Shown here: positions 8,561 through 18,189 of the stretch, piece by piece | How positions within the stretch are numbered: the stretch's first letter is position 1 | How the letters are laid out: each line of letters opens with the position of its first letter | Virus record (IMG/VR): IMGVR_UViG_3300021364_000014 | DNA: 64,000 nt | DNA from: an uncultured virus (IMG/VR IMGVR_UViG_3300021364_000014) | Lineage: Duplodnaviria; Heunggongvirae; Uroviricota; Caudoviricetes | Reading direction: 5' to 3' (one strand) | The notes under the pieces: model-generated | Database searches by the model: none | Told to the model about the DNA's origin: nothing | The model's input: only the letters and a program-made list of their open reading frames with translations | Translations under genes and position numbers: made by a program

Positions 8561-10705
8561 TCAGGCGATGTATTCGATAAAAGAACTGAGGAGTTTTTTG
8601 TTAGTGGACTTAGAACCTAGCATCTTCTTGAATGCTTTGGAGATCTCACCTTTCTTGGCACCACTCTCTACATCGAACTCAACATCCTCGTCAATGGCGT
8701 TGTTGCTGATAGCGTAGAGAGCAGTGTAGCTCTTAGGGAAAGGGATGACAGCAGACTTAGTTTTCTTCCACTGCTTCTGGACTTGATCATAGTGAGCGAT
8801 GCTGGCATAGGTGCTGACAAAACCAGACAACCCATTACCACCCATGATACGGAAACCAAGCACATTCACACCAGCATTACGATCACGCAGTTGCTGGATG
8901 AAAGTGTTAGTCATCTCACCCCAACCATCACCACCGCTGTAGACGCGACCAGTCTGGCGGTCACGTAGCACAGTGTTGTAATCAAGACGGCGAGGACGAA
9001 TGTAAAAAGCATCCTTATAGTCATCATACACCTTTCGACCATAAGAAGCTTGACACGCCTCGCCGTCAGTCAGGATACAAACATTAACCTTCTGGAGATC
9101 ATTCTGTTTCTTGAACTGAGGGATGATGTAGTTGAGCATCACGATACCCTCATTCAAAGGAGTGCCAGACAGAGTTACACCAGTAGTGGTGGGATAACCA
9201 GAGTGATAGACATAAGCGTATGCCTCACGGTACAGGTTCAGGCACTGACGCTCATAGTCCTTAGAGTTAGAGCGAGAAGAAACCATGTTCATCAGGTGGA
9301 ACATATCCTTCTGAAGGAAGATCTTACCTTCTTCGCATCCAGTTTTAGCAAACCATTCCTCGTTAGAGATGTATTCGTCCTTACCTTGTTTGGCACGACG
9401 AACAGCATAGAACTCATTGGTGAAAGCATAGACCTCAAACGGGATCTGGACTTTCTTGCAGAAGGCAGTCAGGTTCAGAAGTTGCTTGACAGTCGCCAGG
9501 ATCTCACGCTGCATAGAACCAGACCAGTCAAGCAGGAACAACAGACCGTGGTTCTTGCCGTCAGGAACAACAGTTACTTTCTTAAAGATGTCATCACAAT
9601 ACTTATAAGTATGCAACTTAGTAGTATCAAGAACACCAGTCTTAGATTGACCAGCACGAGCGTAAGCGTCAGCAGACTTACGGCACTCAAACTCCTTAAC
9701 AAGGTAGTTTACCTCCTTCTGCGATTGCTTACGAAACTCCCTGTAAGATTTATCTACATGATCGTAGCGATCAGAGCGATCAATGCCATCACCACCAGCA
9801 AGGAAGACTTCGCGTTGCTCATCAATCCAGTCATGAACTTCAGTCCAGTCAGCGACATAGGTAGGGAGATCAACACTCTCGGGGATCTCAACATACACAG
9901 GATTGTTGGCAAAACGATTGGTCAGTTTCTCAGCAGCGCGATCAAAGTTGCTTTGAGTTTCAGAAGTTTCTCCACCATCAGAACCTTCCTCTTCTTCGTC
10001 TTCTAGATCATCATCTTCATTCTCAATCGGACCAGCATTATTAATGCCTGCTTCAGGTTGAGAAGATTCAGTTGCTTCAGATTGTTGCTGCTCAGATTCT
10101 TCGTCATCGTTACTTTCACTTTCACCTTGCTGAGCAGCAGGAGGAGGAACGTCTTCTACCTTCTCTTTCTTAGAAAACTCAAACAGATCAACAGCAATCT
10201 CACAGACCTCAGCAAAGGTCTCAGCATTCTCTGTGCGAGTTACAAAGATCTTCTCATCTTCAGCAAAGGGAAGCATAGCACTAGCACCAATCTTGAAGTG
10301 GAGATTGATACGATCGATCAGACTGAAGGTATCAAAGTCCTCACCCTCAATACCAAAGAAGTCAGCATCATTAAGTTCTTTGTAACCACCAGCAAAAGAC
10401 TTACGCAGACCAGGATACTTACGCTTCATCAGCTTCTCAATACGTGCATCCTCAATCACATTGATGAAGTCTTTAGGGCACTTGTGCTCAGCAGTCCAGT
10501 CTTCATTAGGAGTGAAGAGAGCATGACCAACCTCATGACCCACCAGCATATCGTATACGACGCTAGAAGCACGGTCCCAGTTAGGCAGGGTAAGCACACG
10601 GCGGTCAACGTCAAACGATGCTGTAGGGACCTTGCGGTGCTCTACAATGAGGTTCTCTGTAGCGAGTAGGCGGGCGAGGTTGCCTTTGATTTCCTGGGTG
10701 TACAT
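8561..10705 (-). CDS. HEXXH metallopeptidase-like plus VWA domain protein (CobT-like partner)
   Basis: HEVGHAL, EDARIE, acidic linker, MIDAS LLDWSGSM, GTPL, LTDG. Confidence 0.85.
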   Translation of the reverse strand: MYTQEIKGNLARLLATENLIVEHRKVPTASFDVDRRVLTLPNWDRASSVVYDMLVGHEVGHALFTPNEDWTAEHKCPKDFINVIEDARIEKLMKRKYPGLRKSFAGGYKELNDADFFGIEGEDFDTFSLIDRINLHFKIGASAMLPFAEDEKIFVTRTENAETFAEVCEIAVDLFEFSKKEKVEDVPPPAAQQGESESNDDEESEQQQSEATESSQPEAGINNAGPIENEDDDLEDEEEEGSDGGETSETQSNFDRAAEKLTNRFANNPVYVEIPESVDLPTYVADWTEVHDWIDEQREVFLAGGDGIDRSDRYDHVDKSYREFRKQSQKEVNYLVKEFECRKSADAYARAGQSKTGVLDTTKLHTYKYCDDIFKKVTVVPDGKNHGLLFLLDWSGSMQREILATVKQLLNLTAFCKKVQIPFEVYAFTNEFYAVRRAKQGKDEYISNEEWFAKTGCEEGKIFLQKDMFHLMNMVSSRSNSKDYERQCLNLYREAYAYVYHSGYPTTTGVTLSGTPLNEGIVMLNYIIPQFKKQNDLQKVNVCILTDGEACQASYGRKVYDDYKDAFYIRPRRLDYNTVLRDRQTGRVYSGGDGWGEMTNTFIQQLRDRNAGVNVLGFRIMGGNGLSGFVSTYASIAHYDQVQKQWKKTKSAVIPFPKSYTALYAISNNAIDEDVEFDVESGAKKGEISKAFKKMLGSKSTNKKLLSSFIEYIA

Positions 10706-10728
10706 GTCTTTCGTTTGCTGATGGGATC

Positions 10729-10785
10729 ATCATACAAAAAAAGGATGGTCATCCGACCATCCCATGTGTCACTTCGTTGACTGTC
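10729..10785 (-). promoter_or_regulatory. Putative early promoter for the peptidase/VWA gene
   Basis: GACAGTCAACGAAGTGACAC at 10766-10785, 31 nt, TATGAT at 10729-10734. Confidence 0.5.
10736..10762 (-). terminator. Intrinsic terminator at the end of g46
   Basis: GGATGGTC-GGAT-GACCATCC followed by T7. Confidence 0.85.
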
Positions 10786-12494
10786 TCTTGCAGCACACTG
10801 AAGTTCTTTTCCTTCACCGCAGTGATGGTTCTATCAAACTTGTCGTCTAAACCTTGCTTGTGACTGATGACAAACACCTTAGTATTATCATCAAAGTTAC
10901 GAAGGATCCATCCTAGATCAGATGTACCAGACTGGTCAAGTGATCCGTCAAAGATCTCGTCTAGAATGAGGAGGTTAGTATCCACACTATTCTTAAGTTT
11001 AGCAATAGAACGCCAAGTAAGCAACAAAGCGATGTCAATACGAGCTTTTTCTCCCTCACTGAAACTATCATAAGAAAACACATCACGGTATCTAGATTTG
11101 ATCTGCTCCTCAAAGTTCTCGTCAAGGGTGAAATTAACATAGAACTCCATCCTTTGTAAGAATTCGTTAATCAATTTGTTCATGGTAGGAAGATAGGTCT
11201 TGATAATCCTGGTCTTAATACCATTGTCTTTGAGAAGTTGACCTGCTGTCGTCAAGACATCTCGGTCTTGTTTCAGGTTAGCATGTTGCTTGCTCAGATC
11301 TTTCTTACTCGTTACAAGAATTTGCAGTTTATCAAACTCCGCTTTCTTGTCTGGGTTTGCTCCTTCCAGTTCCTTGATCTCATCTTGCAGTGCTTCCACT
11401 TGTTTGCGGATAGTCATCAACTGAAAGTTAGTCTGAGAAATGCTAGTGTTGATGTTATTGACTTCAGTAGACAGTTCAGTAAACTTATTGAACCTGACTT
11501 CTTCTTCACCAATAGCTTTGAGGATATCATTGTATCCTACTAGCATTTCGTCAGACTTATTCTTACCCTCTTCAATCTTTTCGTTACGAAGTGTATCAGA
11601 AAGTTCTTGAGTACAGGTAGGACAGACATGATTTTTCTCAAAGAAGTCATGTTCTTTTTTACAACTGTCTAACTTAGACTGCACTTTGATGAGAAAAGTG
11701 TTTAACTTCTTGATCTTTTCACTGGAAGTTTGATACTCCTGCATTTCTTCATTAAGTTTACCGATTTGTTGTGTCAAAACAGACACATCTTCGGCACCTT
11801 GGAGTTCAGTTTTTTTATACTCTTTTACTTTTTCTTGCTTACGATCAATTTCTTCTTGAGTTCTTTGTTGCAGAGATAGCATGTGTTGCTTCTGCAGTTC
11901 AATTTTATCTTTGAGCAGATCAACTTGATAGTCAATATCTCTCAACTCTTCATTGTTCTCCCTGAGCTTGTCTTTCAACAAAACATTCATGGTAGAGAAA
12001 ACTTGAATGTCAAGAATGTCTTCAATAATCTCACGACGTTGTGCTAGAGGCAAACGCATGAAAGGAACAAAGGTAGAAGAACCAAGCACCACAATCTGTG
12101 TAAATGATTTGTAGTTCATCTTGAGAACATTGCTCTCAAAGTTTTTTTGCTGTTCTACCAAAGAACTCTCTTGGTTCCACAGTTGACCGTTGCAGTAGAT
12201 CTCAAACTTATTTGGTTTGATACCACGAACTACTTTGTATTCTACCTTACCGATAGAGAATTCAATCTCTGCAAGACAATCTTTCTCATTGATGCTGTTT
12301 ACCAATGATGGTTTGTTGATCTTACGGAACGGTTTGCCAAACAAAGAAAATGTAAGGGCATCAAGAATGGTGCTTTTACCCGCTCCGTTGCTACCAACAA
12401 TTAAGTTTGTTCTACCTGCTTCTAAATCAACTTCACTAAACACATTACCCGTGGACAAAAAATTCTTCCAACGGATTTTTTTAAAAACAATCAT
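10749..12494 (-). CDS. g46: Recombination endonuclease subunit gp46 (Rad50/SbcC-like)
   Basis: GSNGAGKS, CPTC zinc hook, FSEGE signature, LILDE. Confidence 0.97.
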   Translation of the reverse strand: MIVFKKIRWKNFLSTGNVFSEVDLEAGRTNLIVGSNGAGKSTILDALTFSLFGKPFRKINKPSLVNSINEKDCLAEIEFSIGKVEYKVVRGIKPNKFEIYCNGQLWNQESSLVEQQKNFESNVLKMNYKSFTQIVVLGSSTFVPFMRLPLAQRREIIEDILDIQVFSTMNVLLKDKLRENNEELRDIDYQVDLLKDKIELQKQHMLSLQQRTQEEIDRKQEKVKEYKKTELQGAEDVSVLTQQIGKLNEEMQEYQTSSEKIKKLNTFLIKVQSKLDSCKKEHDFFEKNHVCPTCTQELSDTLRNEKIEEGKNKSDEMLVGYNDILKAIGEEEVRFNKFTELSTEVNNINTSISQTNFQLMTIRKQVEALQDEIKELEGANPDKKAEFDKLQILVTSKKDLSKQHANLKQDRDVLTTAGQLLKDNGIKTRIIKTYLPTMNKLINEFLQRMEFYVNFTLDENFEEQIKSRYRDVFSYDSFSEGEKARIDIALLLTWRSIAKLKNSVDTNLLILDEIFDGSLDQSGTSDLGWILRNFDDNTKVFVISHKQGLDDKFDRTITAVKEKNFSVLQETVNEVTHGMVG

Positions 12495-12760
12495 TCTTCT
12501 AGATCATCAGGTGGTATCAAAAAATCGTCAGGTGTAATGATCGAAAACTTTTGTCCACGATCTTGACATGCTGCTATTATAACATGATCTTCAAGTTCTA
12601 CAACCTGCATAGGAGGGTAATCTTCATCTTCCTCAATCATCATTAGGTATCTTTCAGCATCATCGCCTTCAGTCCAGATTGGGATAACACGATCCTCGTC
12701 TTCATCAAACACAGAGAACACACCATCTGGATGGTCTTCTAATGTAAGAATGAACATCAC
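12491..12760 (-). CDS. Conserved acidic protein between g47 and g46
   Basis: 89 aa; DDAERY, ITPDDFLIPP; ATGA overlaps on both sides. Confidence 0.7.
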   Translation of the reverse strand: MMFILTLEDHPDGVFSVFDEDEDRVIPIWTEGDDAERYLMMIEEDEDYPPMQVVELEDHVIIAACQDRGQKFSIITPDDFLIPPDDLEE

Positions 12761-13797
12761 ACTACTTCACACGATTCAATATATAGCGAACGCATGAGAG
12801 ATTTGAGATTTGTTTTGTCTACGGCAATCTCTACTTCATCAATATATTCGTTGAGAAGTGTCATCGTATCCTTAGTCTCAAGATCCACATCATCGATTCC
12901 CTCTACATCAACAAGTGTTTCTACAATTTTAACGTCGTGTGCTCCTACGTTGTAAAGACGATCAACCAATGTTTCAAACATTTGGTAGTCCCGTTTTTCT
13001 TCAACGATGATCTTGACGAACTTGTCCTTATAACTAGACACATCTTGTTTGTTGTAGTCCACACGTGCGTCGTCATAGAAGATTTTGTCGAAGATTTCAA
13101 ACGGGTTCTTGATATACTCAAGTCGATCACTTTCAGTATCGTAGATATGGAATCCGCGAGTGTCTTTATAATCATTCCAGAACATCTGGTAAGGGTTGCC
13201 TAGGTATTGAACATTGCCATGTTTAGACTTGTGATGGAAATGCCCAGACCATACACGTTTGAAATTTTTGAAATCAGATACATTGAAACCACCTTCAAAC
13301 TTCATGCCTGGTGTGACTTCGAAACCATCACACTCAAGGTGACCACACATAATGTCTGCTTCACTGTTAGCAATCAGTCTCAAGCATTCTTCTTTGTTGC
13401 CAGAGTTAATCCATGGCATCATCAGAAATACTTTCTTGCCCATCAGAATTTCTGTGGGTTCTGAGTATACTCTAATATTGGCATACTTCTCCAAGAGAAG
13501 TTCGGGTGAGTTGATCTTGTTTGTGTTCTTGTAATACGTGCAATGATTGCCAAGGATCATATGCACATTGTATGGTTTCAGTCTTTGGAAATAATTCGTA
13601 TCAACACGGTTAAAAGTATTATAGTCCATAGACTTTCGATTATCGAAAGTGTCACCCAGATCAATGATGGTCTTGACACCTCTTTTCTCAAGCGTAGGAA
13701 AAAAGATTTCATCGTAGAACTTTTGAAAATAATTCCAGAATGCCAGATTGCCTTTGCGTCCATCAAGATGCTGGTCTGTAATAAGTGCGATCTTCAT
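12757..13797 (-). CDS. g47: Recombination nuclease gp47 (Mre11/SbcD-like)
   Basis: TDQH, LGDTFD, GNH, GHL, SGHFH. Confidence 0.97.
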   Translation of the reverse strand: MKIALITDQHLDGRKGNLAFWNYFQKFYDEIFFPTLEKRGVKTIIDLGDTFDNRKSMDYNTFNRVDTNYFQRLKPYNVHMILGNHCTYYKNTNKINSPELLLEKYANIRVYSEPTEILMGKKVFLMMPWINSGNKEECLRLIANSEADIMCGHLECDGFEVTPGMKFEGGFNVSDFKNFKRVWSGHFHHKSKHGNVQYLGNPYQMFWNDYKDTRGFHIYDTESDRLEYIKNPFEIFDKIFYDDARVDYNKQDVSSYKDKFVKIIVEEKRDYQMFETLVDRLYNVGAHDVKIVETLVDVEGIDDVDLETKDTMTLLNEYIDEVEIAVDKTNLKSLMRSLYIESCEVV

Positions 13798-14021
13798 AAT
13801 TTACCACCAACTACTCCATCAAATTGCTGGGAAGTTGTGCAGTTTGCCCAGTTGGTAGCGACACCTTCCATGTGGAATCTCGTTCCCGCCACGACAACTT
13901 CTTTCGTAAGTCCTGTGATGAGAGCCTTGCCATCCTCACCAAAGCTATTCCACGTTCCAAACCTTGACGCTGCAACTCTGAATTTTCCATAGGGTGTTTC
14001 ATACCATTCATAATCACTCAT
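13794..14021 (-). CDS. Hypothetical protein
   Basis: 75 aa with ATGA overlaps to g55 and g47. Confidence 0.65.
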   Translation of the reverse strand: MSDYEWYETPYGKFRVAASRFGTWNSFGEDGKALITGLTKEVVVAGTRFHMEGVATNWANCTTSQQFDGVVGGKL

Positions 14022-14524
14022 CGATTCATTCTCGTTTCAATATTTTCTTTGATGCTACCCATGTCAGAATAGGAAGCGTTCATACCTGACATACTACCAT
14101 CATATGTGTCAGTGTGCATAACTTCGTCATATCCTGAACGCTCTAGGATCTTTCCTTTGATCTCTAGTTGCTTCTTCTCTTTCTGAATGCGGCGTAGGAA
14201 AGCGTAGTAAATAATTTGTGTGAAGTAAGCAAACGGGTTCTTTGATTTCTCGGGATCAAAGTTGTCAATATACTGCAGGCAGTTTTCAATTCCGTCGCAG
14301 ATCATGTCCTCACGGAACATGTAGTTAACAAAGTTTGGTTTGTAAGACAAGTGCGTGGCAATCTTCAGGAAGCATTCTCCTAGGTAGTTTGTAACACGAG
14401 GTCGCGGTTTACCTGTCTCTTTTGCATGGAGAACTTTCTGTCGATACTCAGTGATCGCAGCAAGGAATTCTTTATTGTTGACATAGTATTCTGTCTTTTT
14501 ACGGGTCATTACTGCGCTCATCAT
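14018..14524 (-). CDS. g55: Late-transcription sigma factor gp55
   Basis: YVNNKEFL, HLSYKPNF, NPFAYFTQIIYYAFLRRIQKEKKQ; start trimmed to MMSAVM. Confidence 0.96.
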   Translation of the reverse strand: MMSAVMTRKKTEYYVNNKEFLAAITEYRQKVLHAKETGKPRPRVTNYLGECFLKIATHLSYKPNFVNYMFREDMICDGIENCLQYIDNFDPEKSKNPFAYFTQIIYYAFLRRIQKEKKQLEIKGKILERSGYDEVMHTDTYDGSMSGMNASYSDMGSIKENIETRMNR

Positions 14525-14550
14525 GGTTGTCTTACCATTATCATGTAACC

Positions 14551-14579
14551 AGTGTAACATGTCATGGTTTTTTTGTAAA
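14551..14579 (-). promoter_or_regulatory. Sigma70-type promoter for g55
   Basis: TTTACA-N17-TACACT on the minus strand. Confidence 0.6.
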
Positions 14580-14627
14580 CCCTTGACAAAACCTCAGAAA
14601 CTTAGTAGAATAACTCTGTCAAGGGTT
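14578..14627. repeat. 11-bp perfect inverted repeat with 28-nt spacer
   Basis: AACCCTTGACA at 14578-14588 and TGTCAAGGGTT at 14617-14627. Confidence 0.85.
14583..14611 (+). promoter_or_regulatory. Near-consensus sigma70 promoter on the non-coding strand
   Basis: TTGACA-N17-TAGAAT. Confidence 0.55.
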
Positions 14628-14645
14628 CAAGAGAGGTAATAGCTT

Positions 14646-15044
14646 TTAGCTTTTATTAAAGATATCCTCTAAAGTCTTTTTCATCTCTTTTACAGAACCT
14701 AGATATCCAGATCCTCTTGGTAATTTATTTGCTCTACCAGTTAGAGATTTTCCATTTTCTAATCTTTGCAAGGTTTTTTCATAGAACTCTTGAATCTGTC
14801 CATCAACTTCTGTCATCGTAATAATATGCTGTCTGTTGAGAATAAACATATTATCAAACGTTGCGCTGACCCATTCTTTGAATGAAAATCCAGTAACTTC
14901 TAATTGACCCTTTCTTTGTTTGGCAAGTTCAACTAAGAGAGGGTTTTCTAGTAGCACTTTGTCTTCGTCTTCTAGGTAACAAACTTTTGCTACGATCTCC
15001 TCTCCAGATATCAATTTTACTGTTGCATAAAAATCATCTTCCAT
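14646..15044 (-). CDS. Conserved cyanophage protein, possible Sm-like fold
   Basis: FYATVKLISGEEIVA...LENP...W; located between uvsW and g55. Confidence 0.75.
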   Translation of the reverse strand: MEDDFYATVKLISGEEIVAKVCYLEDEDKVLLENPLLVELAKQRKGQLEVTGFSFKEWVSATFDNMFILNRQHIITMTEVDGQIQEFYEKTLQRLENGKSLTGRANKLPRGSGYLGSVKEMKKTLEDIFNKS

Positions 15045-15045
15045 A

Positions 15046-16518
15046 TTATCCAGCTCTAAGGTTTACTTTTATAACCTCATATTTAAAGTTCTCTTCATTG
15101 TAAATTGTAACTCTTTCGTTCAAATGTTTCAATGTGTAGTTCTGACCACCAATGTCGTCAGCAATGTCATACAAGGTTGCAATGTCTTTGCCTTCGCCTT
15201 TCCTGAGGACACGTCCGATGGACTGAAGATTTCGAATGCGCGACTTACTAGGGGAAGCAAAAATAATGTTGTGTAATCGTTTGATGTTGATGCCTGTAGA
15301 GAACGTACCATACGATGCAATGATAACAGCGTTATCTTCGGTCTCCGTAATCTGACGAACTTCTTCTCGGTCTTCTACATCCGTACCACCATGCACAAAG
15401 AATAACTTGCGCGATGGATCTATAGTGCTATTTATCAAATCATAAAGTGGTTCACCATGCTTCTCAATATAGTTAAATAGTACAAGAGTGTTACCTTCAA
15501 TATCTTTGACAAGATTTTTGATAAGGTTATTTCTACCACGGTGTGTTACGAGATACTCCATCTCATCATGATATGTTTCAAAATGCTGAGGAGCATGTTT
15601 ACACAACAACACTTTGATCCTAAATTTACTAAGATATCCTTCTTTGATTAGATCATCTGTTTTAGTAACTTGTTCGCACTCACCAAACAATCCTTCTAAC
15701 ACCCACTTATGTGTTTTGCTACCGTCAAGAGTTCCTGTAAATCCAAATCTGTATTTTGCATTATGAAGCTTTGTCATAATGCCAGTCAATGATTTAGACT
15801 TGAAAAGGTGAGCTTCGTCACCAATCACACAATCGATGTCATCGAAGTATCTCTTAGGAAATTTGTAAATAGATTGCCAAGTAGAAATGATGATCGGTTT
15901 ATCAGTATTCTTGTCCTTGCCAGAGTAAATCTTATGAACATGATCATCAGCGTTCCATCCGTAGTCATTAAAGTCATTGACCATCTGTTCTACCAAGGAC
16001 GTAGTAGGGACGATGATGAGCGTCTTCTTGTTGGTAGCAGTATAGTATCTGACGAGGGAATAGATCATCAGAGATTTACCACTCCCCGTAGGAGAAAGTA
16101 AAAGTTTGCGGTTATTTTTTATCGCTTCATAGACCGCATTGTACTGATATGGACGAGGAGTAATTCCCGCTCTGGTGATTTTGTCCATAAAAGTTTTGAT
16201 GCCAGCAGGAGACACAAAATCATTTGTCTCTTCAACATCTCCATACCAGTCATTCTTTTCATACTCAATTTGATATTGTCTTTCATCTGCCCATACCTGC
16301 AGGTGTTTCATCAAACCGCCATAGAGTTCACCAGTGCCAGGGGAGTAAAGACGAATAGTTCCATCCCAGTATTTGTATCTGGGATTCTTCTTTAGGAACT
16401 TTGCTTCGGGAACTTCAAACGAAAAATAGTCCGCAAGCTCCATATGAACATGGGGCTCCACGGACTGAACTGTAACGTAAACTTCGTTTTTCTTTTTAAT
16501 ACTCAGAGTGGTCATCAT
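15046..16518 (-). CDS. uvsW: Helicase UvsW
   Basis: SPTGSGKS, GDEAH, TGT, QSIGRVLR. Confidence 0.96.
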   Translation of the reverse strand: MMTTLSIKKKNEVYVTVQSVEPHVHMELADYFSFEVPEAKFLKKNPRYKYWDGTIRLYSPGTGELYGGLMKHLQVWADERQYQIEYEKNDWYGDVEETNDFVSPAGIKTFMDKITRAGITPRPYQYNAVYEAIKNNRKLLLSPTGSGKSLMIYSLVRYYTATNKKTLIIVPTTSLVEQMVNDFNDYGWNADDHVHKIYSGKDKNTDKPIIISTWQSIYKFPKRYFDDIDCVIGDEAHLFKSKSLTGIMTKLHNAKYRFGFTGTLDGSKTHKWVLEGLFGECEQVTKTDDLIKEGYLSKFRIKVLLCKHAPQHFETYHDEMEYLVTHRGRNNLIKNLVKDIEGNTLVLFNYIEKHGEPLYDLINSTIDPSRKLFFVHGGTDVEDREEVRQITETEDNAVIIASYGTFSTGINIKRLHNIIFASPSKSRIRNLQSIGRVLRKGEGKDIATLYDIADDIGGQNYTLKHLNERVTIYNEENFKYEVIKVNLRAG

Positions 16519-16988
16519 TGTCCATTTACAAATTTCTCCCACTCAATGGCACTCTTGATCTGGAAACCTCTGTTAGAAATTTGCTTCATGACTTGATCCA
16601 ACCAGTAAAGCATCTGGTCTAGATATTTGATCTTTGCCTCAAGGTTGATGATCTCGTCATCTGCCTCAAGATAAGTTTTCATTTTTTCTGAAGTCTTGAT
16701 GCTTGATCCAAATGGTTTAGAGGCGTAAGTTTTTGCGTCTGCTTCGCCTGAGTAATACTCACGTTTCTCTTTCACCATCTTACGGATCTGAAATTCCAGC
16801 GAGGTTTTGATCTGCTGAATGTCAGTGTAATGGTTTAAGTATTTATTATGTTGGAAAGGGATGTCTAACGCGAGTTGTCCCAGATCTGTGGTATACTGTT
16901 TGTTCTTGAACTGAAAATCAACGGCACTATCTTCTGCCCATTGTTCTCTCAAGTTTTCAAATTTATCACGAAGAGTTTCAAAATTCAT
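16515..16988 (-). CDS. uvsY: Recombination mediator UvsY
   Basis: KREYYSG, RGFQIKSAIEW; synteny g3-uvsY-uvsW. Confidence 0.88.
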   Translation of the reverse strand: MNFETLRDKFENLREQWAEDSAVDFQFKNKQYTTDLGQLALDIPFQHNKYLNHYTDIQQIKTSLEFQIRKMVKEKREYYSGEADAKTYASKPFGSSIKTSEKMKTYLEADDEIINLEAKIKYLDQMLYWLDQVMKQISNRGFQIKSAIEWEKFVNGQ

Positions 16989-17506
16989 AGAGGTTGTAAG
17001 TTTTTATCACGAAGGAAGAACTGCTGGTGCTTGAATGTCACCTCTGCAGTAATATATTCCACATCACTAATTGTAGCATCAAACTGTAGGTTAGTGAGTG
17101 ATACAGGAAACAGATCTCTGAACTCTACAATGAATGCTGGATTGTATTGTGAAGTAACAATGTGCAATTGTCCGTTAGTATAGATGTCTGCTTCAGGAGT
17201 TGTCCTTGCCATCTGATCCGCGTTGCCGTTATCACGCATCCAGGAATGAATACTATAATAATTTTTCAAATCTTCATCTACAATAAAACGTACAGTAAAA
17301 TCCCCGAACGTTACACCGCCACCAGGAATAATAGGCAAGTTCCTAAAAGGACTTCCTACTTCCACAGTGCCCATTGCAACGTCGGGGACATTAGCTGATT
17401 GACAAAAGAAGTCTACCCCATCAAACTTTTCTAGTTTGAGGATAAAACCAATTGGATTTAAGAAGTTCCTATTACTAGGTTGCTCCTTGTACCATTCAGC
17501 AGACAT
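16985..17506 (-). CDS. g3: Tail tube terminator gp3
   Basis: NRNFLNPIGF, FFCQSANVP, FIVDEDLKNY, FPVSL. Confidence 0.9.
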   Translation of the reverse strand: MSAEWYKEQPSNRNFLNPIGFILKLEKFDGVDFFCQSANVPDVAMGTVEVGSPFRNLPIIPGGGVTFGDFTVRFIVDEDLKNYYSIHSWMRDNGNADQMARTTPEADIYTNGQLHIVTSQYNPAFIVEFRDLFPVSLTNLQFDATISDVEYITAEVTFKHQQFFLRDKNLQPL

Positions 17507-17531
17507 GTCAACTTCCCAAGCTACCTAGTAT

Positions 17532-17711
17532 TTAGGGGTTGTTTGGATCGAGACCTAGATCAATAAGATACTCTCTCCACCATGCTTCTTTTTGTTTTTT
17601 CCATTGCGGAACTTCACGACCTTGCTCTGAATACCATTCATATAGAGCTTCGTCAATCTTCTCTGAGATTTCCAATTGCCTAATCCTCTTCTGTAGAATG
17701 TCCATTTGCAT
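17532..17711 (-). CDS. Hypothetical protein
   Basis: MQMDILQKRIRQLE...WWREYLIDLGLDPNNP. Confidence 0.55.
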   Translation of the reverse strand: MQMDILQKRIRQLEISEKIDEALYEWYSEQGREVPQWKKQKEAWWREYLIDLGLDPNNP

Positions 17712-17883
17712 TAATGATCTCTTCCAGTTGTTTCCGAATATCAGCCGAACGATGTTTCTCACGCTCGGAATGCTTATAACCATATTTACCATGGAAGATA
17801 GCGTGACCTTGACAAATCATTGTCATACCAAATCCAAATAGGAGAACAACTCCTATCCATTCTATAATGTGATGTTCAACCAT
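17680..17883 (-). CDS. Hypothetical membrane protein
   Basis: 67 aa with an N-terminal hydrophobic helix. Confidence 0.55.
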   Translation of the reverse strand: MVEHHIIEWIGVVLLFGFGMTMICQGHAIFHGKYGYKHSEREKHRSADIRKQLEEIINANGHSTEED

Positions 17884-18095
17884 GGCAGTACGGGGGGTAT
17901 CACTCCAATGAGTCGAAGCAGACCTTCAGCAAAAAGTGCAAGAACAACCCAACCAACACACATACTAATAATCGAAGCATTCCGATTGTGACGGCGTATG
18001 GCAGCATCAATCATCTCCTGTACTTCTTCCTTTGTTACAGTCTCGGTCTTCGTTGTACCAAAAATCTTCCCAATCTTTTTTTGAATTTGTGACAT
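17862..18095 (-). CDS. Hypothetical membrane protein (start uncertain)
   Basis: IDAAIRRHNRNASIISMCVGWVVLALFAEGLL. Confidence 0.55.
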   Translation of the reverse strand: MSQIQKKIGKIFGTTKTETVTKEEVQEMIDAAIRRHNRNASIISMCVGWVVLALFAEGLLRLIGVIPPVLPWLNITL

Positions 18096-18189
18096 CTTCC
18101 CACTCAGGTTCGTATAAAGGACATGGTTCTTCCATCAAAGTTTCATTTTTCATTTTGATAATTTCTTCATAAAGTTTATCTAAGTCCAT
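18007..18189 (-). CDS. Hypothetical acidic protein
   Basis: 60-aa co-oriented ORF. Confidence 0.45.
   Translation of the reverse strand: MDLDKLYEEIIKMKNETLMEEPCPLYEPEWEDVTNSKKDWEDFWYNEDRDCNKGRSTGDD

Noticed and set aside
9050..10669. Long plus-strand ORFs (318 and 203 aa), and similar ones at 6320-6898, 7403-7927 and 44336-44851
   Set aside because: They lie antisense to well-supported genes and have no recognisable motifs; consistent with codon-bias shadow ORFs
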